From contig JBHGNT010000004.1 of NCBI GenBank assembly GCA_043228905.1, positions 24,056,001-24,120,000 of the forward strand: a stretch of DNA of 64,000 nucleotides, given 5' to 3'. The notes below the pieces were generated by a model, which did no database searches, was not told the origin of the DNA, and saw nothing but the letters and a program-made list of their open reading frames with translations. The DNA is from Azolla caroliniana. Lineage: Eukaryota > Plantae > Polypodiophyta. Below are positions 35,415 through 48,300 of the stretch, in pieces. Position numbers and translations under genes: made by a program. Positions within the stretch are counted from its first letter, which is position 1. Each line of letters begins with the position of its first letter.

Positions 35415-37959
35415 CTACCACCATTCAAGTAATCAAACATTTTTTGAATTTAATACTCAAACACACACAATATTAAGTTTAAGCAAGCAAATCATTAAAT
35501 CCTAAACCTGAAACCCTAATCCCTCACTTCCAAATCTCCCCATATGTTATATCCTACTTATCATGTTGCAATAATTAGATTAAGCAGGAATGAGACTCAA
35601 ATCCCAATGTCCTATAAAATGAGTGCTTTTTACATGATTAAGCTTATGTAGGATGAGGCCCTAGTCCCTAAAGATAAATAGTTTTACATTAATTCGAATT
35701 TCAACATTTGTCTAAGTTGTAACAATGTCGAATGAAACCCAAAATCCCCCCAAAAATGGTTAGTATTTTTCTATAATTTCAGCTATAACCTAAGTTTCTA
35801 GGAATGCAAATTGAATCCCAAAAAACAAGCAAAAATCATCATCATAGCCAAAATCAGAACCTTACTATGTTGATCAAGAAAAACCCATTTACATTACTCT
35901 TGTCTACCATCTTCACACTTCACTAACCTCATTCGCCATATCTTATACACAAAATATCACAAATTGTGATCTTAATCACACCAACATTTGTTATTTGTTT
36001 GTAATCGATTATTTGTTGCCATGCCTCGACTAATCATGATTCACAGCATCTACCCACCCCATCAAGCAGCCCTATTATATATGCAACATGCTATAACATT
36101 TACAAAACAGGCTAGAAATGGCAATATGCCACATTCTGCTTTGTGATATGTAATTTCAAATTGAAGTTGCCTACACTACTATTGCACTTCATAGTAAAAT
36201 ATGTTATACACTACAGTTACATTTCATAGGAAAGCATGCTTTATTAAATAAATATACTTCTAAAGCACAAAATAATGAGGGAGCTTAGACAAAATGAAGG
36301 CAACATTGCTCCACTCTACGTATTCAGAACAGATCTCAAAGATGCCAAACTTTGTAGTGTCCTTTCATCCATGAAACGCAGTCTACAAGTGAACTTCGTG
36401 AAACACCCCAACATGGAAAAAGAGAGATGATTGAATAAACTTTTATTGAGTTGCATCTTTTATTGAGTTGGTTGGGTGACCAACTCAACTTACTTATCCT
36501 TGTAATCCCTCAACTACTCCAAACCCTAATCCCTCAACTATTCCTACCACATGTAAAAAAAACAGAAAAAGTGATGTGATAGGGTTTAGTACATACCTGG
36601 GAATAGTGATGGAGGAGATTGATTGTTGTGTATGTCGTGATGGAGGAGATTGTGTATGTTGATTGCAGGCCACCTGACACCCAACTCTTTCCCGGCAAAA
36701 GAAACCTGTCAATCTCGTTTGAAAAAATGAGAGATAATGACAGGTTACAGGCTTTTATAGTCATCGGTTGGGCGACCTACATCTTTTATTGGGTTGGTTG
36801 GGTGACCAACTCAATATAAACCCTAAAGCAGTTGGGCAACTTGCTTAAATTGGTCACCCAACCGCTTTAAAAATAAACGGTTAGGCAACCTACATCTTTT
36901 ATTGAGTTGGTTGGGTGACCAACTCAATATAAACCCTAAAGCAGTTGGGCAACCTGCTTAAACTGGTCACCCAATGGTTGGGCGACCTCTGACAGGGTTG
37001 AGCGACCTCTGCATAGCTTTATTTTTCGCGCCTTCATCCTTATCGAAATTCGACGGTGCAGATCGCACGCACCTTCTCTGAGCAACCTGCACCGTCTGCG
37101 ATCGGGATTCCCTCACCATCCCTCTTTATGATTTGTGTCATAATAGACACGTCGACACTCATGTGACCTTTCTAAAACATGCATGCATAATATCAATCTC
37201 CCTCATGAATAGAGATATTAATGTGTTATATTCATTTGTTTTTTTCCTACTCCCATTGCATTGTAAAGTGGTATTTTAGTACTACAAAGTTCTCCGTCAT
37301 ACATTAAAATATTGCATCCAAAAACAACAACATATTCCCAGTTTGGTTGTTATATTATACATCAATTTGTCATATCCATTCATAATTTGGTAAGGGAGGA
37401 CATAAACTATCAAATAGGTTCATTTCGTTTTAACCCAAATGAAGCACTATTGCCAACATGATGTGCTCATTAATAGGTAAACTACTTCGGATCACAATGT
37501 AATATTACAATGTTTTGACTCGACATCTAGCATTATGTTGTCTATGTAGGCCCAAGCTCCATAGTTTGCAATCCGTCTTGATGAACTTTAAATAGGCACC
37601 TATCTATCTAAAAGGCATGGCCAATATTGATAAGGAATATAGAATCACAAAGTATTGAGAACGATTGATTCAAGGTGCAAAGTTGGATCATGGAATATTG
37701 TGATGCCTTCACTAGACAAGCAACAAGATCACACAAGGTTATCCAAAATAGGCAAAAACCATAAGATGCAGACATTCTCGTGTATTGTTTTGATGAAGCA
37801 AGCCAAATTACATTCGAGGGATGGATGCTCTTTACAACTGGACGAATAGGGTAGGGGTTTTCTTCTAGAATCCACCACAATGAGAAGGAGGCCATTGTGA
37901 GAGCAGAAGAACATATATATTGTCCTAGTGGTACAAGAAAGACAATATGTATATGTAGT

Positions 37960-39080
37960 GGGATGATTCCCAAGAGGGGAAAGAAAGAAAGATATATTAA
38001 CGTCTTCTTAAGGCCCAAATTGGTCCATGAGATAGTTGGTTTACAACAAAATGGGTATTTATCCAATCATCAGAACTAAAATAAAATAAAGTGAAAATAG
38101 AACTTAAACTAAAAGAGTTCTAGTAGTGTACAAAATCATGGTATACTCGATAAAAGGAAGTGACTTTGCACTAAGCCTAATTTCATTCCACCCAAGCCTC
38201 TCGAAAAGAAGTGGGCGGTCAAAGGGTTTTGGTGTGGGTGACCCATGATCTCAGTGTCTAGAGTGCCCCAGCCATGGCTTATAATCGGTGTAGCTCACGT
38301 TCCCTTATTTTCTTTATTGCTTCTACACTATGTTGAGTTGCTTTGAAACTCGACATTTGAGGGCGTTTGGTTCTTCTTTGGTTTTCTGCTTCATCAAGGA
38401 AAAGGTCTAGTGGTGTAGGTGTGTTGACAATCGTTGTCTCCCCCTGTTCCTAAAAAACTTCATTTCTTACATGTTGGTGAACATTAGCAACATTTTGTAA
38501 CTTATTCTCCCTGTGTTGTTTTAGCTCTAGGATGTATCTGCCTAATTTCTTTATATCTTGAGTATCTAATAGTTTGGGGAGGGTAGGAGAGGAACCAAGT
38601 ATGTCTTGGTATTTTGCCCTTATCTCAGCGTAGGTGGGACACTTGCATGTAAAGTGGTACTCATCCTCTATCTCTATGTGGCATAACCTACATATCCTTT
38701 CCTCCCTAGGGACTCCATTAGTACGCCCATTCTCAATCTCAAGTTGGTGAGATGATATTCTAAGTTGTCCAATGACAACACTTAGTGCATGTGGTAAGAA
38801 TATATCTAGATATTTTGGCCGCGTAATAAAACCTAACTTAGAGACGTGCATGAAGTGTTCCTTATAGTACAACATTTTAGATGGGAGTGGCTCTAGTGGG
38901 GCGATCCATTTTATACCGAGTGTAAATTTGCCCTATTTCTTGGCGTATTACTTTATTGCGGTCCTCATGAGAGATTAAAGTGTTATCAATCGTGTGGTTG
39001 TACCTAAGGGGAGGGAGGTTATTAATGTCCAGACCGTTCGCAAGAAGCCAACTCACCATCATGCCATACCATGAGCTAGT
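37960..39080 (-). mobile_element. 5'-truncated non-LTR retrotransposon (RTEX/L2/CR1-like C-terminal domain)
   Basis: GQLRISSHQLEIENGR...ERICRLCH..IEDEYHF..KCP.Y; 3' end GACGTTAATATATCTTTCTTTC shared with the intronic copies. Confidence 0.75.
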
Positions 39081-39334
39081 AAGGAAGGGAGAGATGCAGA
39101 CCGAGGCAGGGGTATTATGGTAAATATTGAAAATTTAGACTAAGGAAGGGGGGGGGGGGGGGGGGGGGGGTTATTTTTGTGAATTTCCCTAAACCAAACC
39201 TTACAATGAAGCCTCCCCCCCTCCCCCCCAACTGTCAAAAACAGGCGCCATCACAAAGGTTCCTCCCTGTGCTCTCCTTTTCTGCATCGATTTCTTTTTG
39301 GAATTCTCCATAATTCTCTGCAGGAGAGAAAGCG

Positions 39335-42300
39335 ATGGACCCCTCTCAACCCCTGGTCTTTCTTTTTTTCTTTTCTTTACCATTCTCTTTCATTTTCTTT
39401 TTTCATTTCTGTTTTTCCTTATTCCTGCTCCTGTTTATCTAAACCTCGTGCCAACAAATCACTCCGTTCTTCTTTCTTTTCTTTTTTTGCAATGCAGAAT
39501 TTGGAATGGGTCTTTGGCCTCACCAGCGACACTAACGTTGGAGTAATAGATCTAAGAACTGATGAAAGTAATGACAGAATTGCATATGTATCTGGTCATA
39601 CAATTGTTCTTCACGACACATCTCAACATAAGCAGGCATTTTATCTTCTTTCTTTATTTCTATACACGCCTGTTGTTTTTAGTTCCTTTTTTTTTCCCCC
39701 TCTACACATGTGGTGTATTTCAATCAAGAGCGTCAAAAAAAATAAATCTTTCCCCTTAATGTGTGGTAATTAAACTTAGAACTTAAAAAATATCAGTTCA
39801 TTGGCATAATTATCTATGCATTAACATTTAGAGCTGTTCTTCAATGTTTTCGTTAACCTGCTTGTTGATTGCCATTGGCTAGAGATTGATGGAATGATGT
39901 TAGATTGCCTATCTATCTTGTAGAAAGAAATTCTTAAAAATGTGGACCCATGTCAATGCTATAAATTTCTTGGAGAGAGGTAGGTTTACAACACCACTAC
40001 TTTGTGAATGCAGCAAACTAAGGATGCATTATTTACAATTTTTTCATACGAGCATGCTTCATTTTCTTTTAAATGAACATGCTTGTCTAGATTAATCTTG
40101 TTTTTTTCAATCTTGTTGCAATCAGGTATTTTTACAAGGACATGTCCATGAAATACAATGTTTCGTGGCTTGCCCGAAAAAAAAGTTCATTGCTTCTGCA
40201 GATTGTGGTTCAGATGCAATGCTCATTGTCTGGAATACTGAAGATGGCCAGGTTAGATATATGCCAACATTGCTTTCACTTAGAAGTTACTGGGCTTTGT
40301 GGAATGCGACATATGTATGATATACCTTTCCCTTTCGACAATAGCTGGATATTAAATGGTTTTTTGTTTGTAAAGTTTCTCAGTATTTCCCTGATAGCTC
40401 AGCTTAGCCTTAACACCAAATTCTTGTTTCATTTCTCTTAATATCAAGTTAGTTTTGGATCATTACAATGAAGCATTATACTTATCTTTAAGGGGTAAAG
40501 AAGATGTAATAGATTTGTACCTTTGCAGGTAGTAATGACTTCTTGAAAGTTTTTCATTCTTTTATAGACATTTTTTACTTTTTGTGGTCTAAAAGCTCAG
40601 ATATACTAGGGTGGTTGGTAACAGAAATATCTTGTTAGATAGATTCTCCTCACAGCCATCTATTATGTTCAAGTACCTCTTTGTCCAATTACCTATTACG
40701 TTTTATCAAACAAACCTTCCTGTATATGCGTTTCTTGATACAAAATAAGTTTCTTGTAAAGGATTAAACTGAAAATGAAGTGAACAATTAACAAGATATT
40801 GAAAGTACTTAATGGATTGATAAGATGTAAGAGACAATACTTTGTTAACAAGGTATTGGTAATATTTAAACGGATTAATACCTTTTGGAGATGAGGTGGA
40901 TCAAAATGGTCCTTTTTGTAGCAATGAGAGGGAATTCAGACAGCAGAATATATTAGAGAACAGTGCAAGGAAACAATGCAGGACGCAATAGCTAAAATTA
41001 ACTGTTTCTTTTGACTATAAGGATCTGAGACCAGGGTGTAGGAAACATAGCAGGAAACAAGAGCTGAAATTGACAGTTTCTTCTGACTATAAGGATCTGA
41101 GACTAGGGTGTGTCGTATTAATGCACTCTGGCCACATACTTATCTTTTCCTTATGCTCACCTTTCATCTAAGAGGAAATTGAGAGGCAGATATTATAGTC
41201 AGATTTCAGTCCATCATTGCGTACTTTTGGGATTTCCCTGCGCATTTCTTTAATAAGTTGAACATTATGTAAAGACCGATGTGAGACAAGTTGGGATGAT
41301 GCCCATGGGGACTATGGCTAGTACTATTCTAGAGCTGCATGCTCCATCGCACAGCTCTAGTACCGTTCTAGGATGGTAGCTTTTTCATTTAGTTAATACA
41401 TTACTTAGCTCATAGTTCAGCTCACAAAGCTTTGATTAAGTGTCATACAGTATCATGATTGTAACAATTTTAGGTCTCATAAGTAATCGGCCCACTATCG
41501 CCTCTTTAGAGACATTCATACCAAAGATGTTAAGTGCTTAACTAATGACAATATCTGGTACCTGGGAAGTTTTTCTAAGTTCATTATATTTAATTCAGTT
41601 TATTGCTCTCAATGATGAGATGGCCTTTTAAGATGCACTGTTGGGGCTCATTGAATTCAAGAGACATAGAAAGAAGTTGTTGGAGGACAAAATACTACCA
41701 CAACAGCTCATCAATAAGAAAACTTCACAATGTCCTTGATCTCTATCAGTCCTCATGCTGCAAGTCAATCAATGGTACACAAGTAGGGTAGGCCTTACAC
41801 ACAACATTTGAGAGGGTTAGATCGAGCTATAGCAATTTTATGTAGACACAGGCCATGTCCATTGGAACCATGCCTCATCACCCTTATTATCGACACATAA
41901 AGGCCATTATGACCCAACACCCTTCCATTTTGAATCAATCCAAGTTGGAGATCTTTTTCAGGCATAAGTTTCAGTCTGCCTTGGCCTAAAATGTTGGAGA
42001 CCTACCAATTTAGTTATAGTTATTCTGGTTTCTTTTTCTCAAAGATGAGACAACATTCTAAGCTTTAATCTCTTACTGGGCTTCATAGGCCATTTTGACA
42101 TCTTAAAAAACGCTAATATATCTTTCTCTCTTCTTTCATCATCAGCAGTTGGGGGGAATCAATATTCTACCTTAGTCTAGTACTTAGGCAGGTCTACCAA
42201 TTTAGTTATATTTATTCTGGTTTCTTTTTCTCAAAGGTGAGACAATATTTTAATTTTTAATCTCTTGCTGGGCTTCATAGGCCATTTTGGCTTCTTAAAG

Positions 42301-45300
42301 ATGCTAATATATCTTTCTCTCATTGTTGGTATGCTGAAATGCAGCAATGGTTCAAGTCACATGGCATGAGTATAAATGCACTGCCCCCGTTCCAATATAG
42401 CTTGGACTGTCCCCATCTCAATATGACCAATGTGGAAAAGAATAGAGTGATCTGAACTAATATTATTAATTTGGAAAACAAGATAACATGGATCAGCCCC
42501 AAAATACCACTTGGTACAAAGATGGCCCACTATAAGACACACTTCTTACATACATTGGAGGATGGATTTGTCATCAGGCCACCTTATATGGACATACATC
42601 TATCCTATGCGCTGTGTAGTGTGATAGGGCAGCTGCGAGCTTCATCACATCAGCTACAAATTGAGGTAGGCAGATATACACGACTACCTCTAGAAGAGAG
42701 AATTTGCCAATTGTGTCATCAAGGAGTGGAATCTGAAGAACACTATGTTTGTCATTGTAGTGTCTTTTATGAAATCAGAGGGAGATACCATTGCCTCTTT
42801 AAACAAGGCTTTGGCCCACTACACAAGGTAATGGAATATGAGGACCAACGATGCCTAGGACTTTTCTTGCTAGAGCTCAAGAGACATCGGGAAAAGTTGT
42901 TGAAGGATACAGCCACACAAGCTCATCCACAAAGAACAATCACAACTTTCTTTAGCCCCATCACTCCTAATGCTAGAAGTCAACCCCAAGATACAGAAAT
43001 GGGATCCAGACCAGGATATAACAAAGGGGTTACAATTGATCGGGCAATGGCAATTTGCCGTGCACGTAGGCCCCGGCCCCGTGGACCACGACCTCGACAC
43101 CCTTGTCATTGACAAATAAAAGCCATTATCTCCCGCCATCGTAGGTGCTTCCCTCGCTTCGGAGACATTTCCATTCTGGATTGACCTATGCTAGAGATCT
43201 TTCGAAGACAAAAGCTACAATATACCTAACTTGAGGATCTCACATGTGCTAAAAACCAGATTCCCTCTTTTCTTTTCTTTTCATGCTATTTACTTTTATA
43301 TTTACTGTGTAATATTTACTTTATTTTGATTTGTTCTCAAAGACGAGACAACACTTAAGATGTAATCTCTTATTTGGTCTTATAGGCCATTTTGGCCTCT
43401 TAAAAGACGTTAATATATCTTTCCTTCTTCTTTCTTTCTTCTTTTACCCTCAGCAATAGAGGGAATCAATAATTTATTATGGTTTTATCCTAGACCAAGA
43501 ACGTTTCACTTCTTTCTGAAACTAGTTAAGAGTTCCTTGAAACACAAGAACTTTAAGCATGATAACTCCATTATTATAGTGTATCCTACTTATAGTAATT
43601 ACCTCCTTCTAAGATTTTAGGAGCCATATGTGGGGATTATTGAGAACAATTTCAAAGCTATTAGGCCTGCCAAAAGCTACTTTATGTGGACTTTACAGAA
43701 AATAATGAAAACAAGAAACACACTTATTCACGTATGAAACTAAAAATAGTACCTTTTTCTATTTGATTTATATTAACTACACCCACTGTGTAGGGCTGTT
43801 GTCACAAACCGACATGTTGCTCCTAGGTACATAGCTCAATACCTCAAAATGAGACTGGAGGGATCATTTCTCTTGATTTTACAAGTGATGGTGATCGATT
43901 TGTGACCTTGAGTGTGATGGGTCAGTGCACCTTTTTATAGTTTGCTGTTCAGTTTTTTAATTGATTCATTCTTACTGTTTCAAGTAAGTTATTATTGAGT
44001 TCAATCTGGTTAATGTTGTGCCACCATACATAAATGATGTATCAGTAGCCAATTCATTTTTATAATAGATATCCATGTAATTTCTTTGATATCTTGCTTG
44101 AGAACATTGAAAACTTGAATTGGTTGCAAAAGTGCTTGTGAGCATGTAAAAAGTTGTCTTTTTTAGAGCTTCCTAAAAACTTTTACACAACCTCCGTCCA
44201 AGATAATGCATAACATAATAGAATATTAAGCAAAGCCAGCGACAACAAACTTAGAAATAAAATAAAAAATCTATAAGGCCCGTCAAGCTTGATATTGTAT
44301 CACATGCGGAATAGAAAAGGGAAAAATAGTGACTCAGAGATGCATAAACAATGGATAAAATCAAATTTAGATGGTCTCAAGGACGTTTTAACATTACAAA
44401 TTGACCCTAATCATGAATATGAGCCCTGTAAAGGGGAAAGTGGCCCATTTGCTAAGGATGAGAAAATAATGGAAGAAGGGGTCAAAAACAGTGCGAGTCA
44501 TTTGGGGTCACACAGCCAAATTGACAACCACAAGTTTTCTAGAATTATGCACTCATATGCATTGCTATATGGTTGACATATGTGAAAACTATGGCTATAT
44601 TCTGGCTATCTATAATGACATACCTAAATGCTTGGGTAGTTGCTAATGTAGATAGGGAACAATCTAAGAACTGAGAGACATGGAATCATGCAAAGTTGTT
44701 TGAGCTTTAGATTATTATTTAATTTTGTGTTCTATAATGCAACTCATTAAAGTTGGAATGATAAGAAAACACATGTTTATAATCATGAATTGCACTTTAA
44801 GAACTTCGTATCAACAGGAAAAAATAGAAAGCAAAAGCTGTGCATATGGGATATTGATTCGATCAAATGTAAATTGACTGTTAACTTCTCAGTTTTCTCA
44901 ACAGATCCCCAGGTACAAAAAGGGCGTTTTTAATTCCTTTTTAAAATGGAAAAAGTGCATTCTTTAATTGAGATTTAGCATAATTTCAACTTTCTGTAGC
45001 CATACAAAGTATTAGGGTTCGAAAAATCAAAAGAGCTTTTGAAAAATATTGTGGCTGTAATTGATGGAAAATGAGTGAATGAATAATATTTGCGATTGAG
45101 GTAGGCAGATATACATGTATACCTGTAGAAGAAAGAATTTGCCAATTGTGTCATCAAGGAGTGGAATTGGAAGAACACTATTTTTGTCACTGTAGTGTCT
45201 TTTATGAAACCATTGCCTCTTTAAACAAGGCTTTGGCCCACTAAGCAAGGTAATGGAATATGAGGACCAATGGTTCCTAGGACTTTTCTTGCTAGAACTC

Positions 45301-48300
45301 AAGAGGCATAGGGAAAAGTTGTTGAAGGACAATAGTACAGCCATACAAGCTCATCCACAAAGGACAATCACAACTTTCTTTAGCCCCATCACTCATACTA
45401 ATGCTACAAGTCAATCAAGGGATAGACAAATGGGCTCCCAACCAGGACATAACAAAGGGGTTACAATAGATCGGGCAATAGCAATTTGTCATGCATGTAG
45501 GCCCCAACCCCTTGAACCACGATCGCAACACCCTTGTATCGACAGATAAAGGCCATTATCTCCCGCCATCACAGATGCTTTTCTTGCTTCGGAGACCTCT
45601 CCATTCTGGACCGATCAATGCTAGAGATATTTTGAAGACAAAAGTTACAATATATCTAACTTGAGAATCTCACATGTGCCAAAAACCAGATTCCCACATC
45701 TGTTTTTATCTTATTTACTTTTATATTTACTAAGTAATACTTATTTTATTTTGATTTGTTGTTCTCAAAGACGAGACAACACTTAAGATGTAATCTCTTT
45801 TGGTCTTATAGGCCATTTTGGCCTCTTAAAAGACGTTAATATATCTTTCTTTCTTCTTTCTGGTCTTCTCGGATTTTACAAGCTAAACGAAAAGAAGGGT
45901 TTTCATGGAAACAATGGATTCACACTCATAATAAACATCCTGTGATGCGAGATGAAGTAATGAGGATAGGTGTATCTGTAGGAATCCTATGGAAACTACA
46001 ATCCCATGGTGGAGTGGATCCTACAAAAGTGCTTAACAATGTTTTTTTCTGAGGTAAAATCACCCTGTATGATGCTCTTCTTAATGCACGTATCCGTCTG
46101 TCTCCTGTCATCAGTGTTTGCCTATAAGTAGTTATGGATGAACTCAAGATTGCGATATGATATCTCTATAATGGTCTGCAGCGAGAAAAAAGATTGTGAT
46201 ATCATATCTCTATAATGGTTTGCAGTGAGAAAAACTTGATTTATTGTTAAAGCTCTTCTTAAATCAAGTTTTGCAAAGAAGAGTTTTCGAGAAGAGAAGA
46301 GAAATAAACAAGAGGTCAAGCATTTTGGTGACTTCAACGAACTGGAAAAACATCAATAAAATATCCTAGAGAAACTTGGTTTGTTGGGGCTCAATAGAAA
46401 ACCACAAATCCTAAAATCCATCTTTATGGAAAGCTTATCATTGCGCTTATGAAGCTTGCAATCAACCATATCATATGCATTACATACGTAAGGATCTGTT
46501 CATATGAATCGTGCATTAGAGCAACCAGCGTAAGGTTTCAACATCATGGAGGGTTCATGTTCCAAATAATCCAAGTAGTCAATGATTCCAGAACATCTCC
46601 ATCCAAACTTTACAGTCACTTTGTGGCTTCTATCTCATGATGCAAAGGAATAATTTAATATTGCATTATTACTAGTGTTTCAGCAATCCATTTTTATATC
46701 AAGGCCAAACAGACCTGTATATCTATCATTTTTCTGTGTTTGATTAATGAGATGTGCATTGTGTTTGTTGTTGAAATCTGGCATAATGATTTCTCTACAT
46801 ATTCATAGACATGTTTACGCCTCAACAAAGATGATCGAGATGAATTTGTAACAAATGGGAAAGAAGCTGTATTCTTTTGGCGACTTTTCAAGGTTGGCGC
46901 ATACACTTGTAACCTTTCGTTATATTCATATTGAACATATGCATTATTCTAGATGTCTAGGTGTTATCTGCACGCAACTAACTACTATTCTAATAAATAT
47001 ATATATTTATAGAAACTCATTTCATATGATACAGTGATCAGTTTCCCTTCTGGTCTGACTTTTCTCCAGTCTACTTGGTTCTAACCAGGATAAAGGATCT
47101 GAAATTCATACAATAAAACGTGAAGAGGCAAATTCTAAGACAGCTGATGTGCAACAAAACATGCCTGAGCTTTCAGTTTCTTGCTTTGTTCCATGTAGTG
47201 ACACTGCAATAACAGCTACATTCTCTGGAGATGTTGTAGTCTGGAAAGAGCAGCGGTAAATACGTGTTTTATATGAAAGCTGAATCCTGAATTTGGTTCA
47301 GATTAATATATGGTAAGTATAAAGGTTGCCCAGATTTTTTTCATCTTGTGCAGGTCAGCCACTGCTAAAGAATTGCCCAAAGCTATATCATGTTTTGGTT
47401 TGAAAGTTGACTCAAAGAAGCGATCATCTGTGCGCCAAATGCGTGCACTGAAAATTGTTCGTTTGCACCAATCTGCCATTACACATTTATCAATACAGGA
47501 AAACTATATTGTAACTGGTGGTGCTGATGGTTATGTACGTTTTTATGATCATCGTATTGGGCTTGTCAGTTGGTTTGAGGAATTGCACGCAGGTATTAAT
47601 AGAGAACCCTCATATGAAAATGCAATTATCAAGGGTAAGGCTCCCACTTAGCTGATTAGTTATATAGATAAGACACAGAATATAATGTAGGAGGTGGAAA
47701 TATGAGCTATGAAAACCTTCATTTTCATCTGCACTGCGTATAAAAAGAAAATTTTGATGGTTAAAGGAAACGTTGCTCTGGAACTGCATTATGGTCAGCA
47801 TTATAATTTATTGGATGGATTGGGACGAGTTCAATAGTTTAGAATCAAACATCATGAATGTTGCACCAATAGAGCAAGCTGCCTTCAACTGAATCTTATT
47901 GTCATACACTATTTTCATGCATGCCATGACCCAGTCTTTCGCTTCTATTCATGATCAATTGACCTCTAATGGGGACTTCACAACCACTGGAAGTCACCAT
48001 TTGGAGAAACTCGATATATTTTATTGCCTGATAGGCTACATCTCATTGTAGGTAATGTTGGCATTTCTCTTGGTATATCCATGTCAGATGATTCAAATGC
48101 CTGAATCTTTAAAGAGAGTATATGGATCTCATGGTTACCCAACTTTTCATCCATATGTTTTCAAGAAAAGGAAGCTACATGCCATATCCTCAACCTTCAT
48201 GCTGCTCATAATGCAATCTCACCCACAATACTGAAAATGGACCACTTAACCATAGCTATTAAACCTCTGATAGACGTGGACAGATTTGCTTATTGGATCT

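Larger units (their letters stand above)
14561..37154 (-). mobile_element. Mutator-like element (MULE) with long TIRs and 9-bp TSD, carrying nested insertions
   Basis: TSD ACACTCATG at 14552-14560 and 37155-37163; imperfect TIRs at about 14561-14800 and 36960-37154; transposase remnants on the minus strand. Confidence 0.92.

Noticed and set aside
45981-46052. Possible extra CFAP251 exon (AG...GTAA, 72 nt)
   Set aside because: Translation has no WDR66-like content, and the flanking exons join sensibly without it
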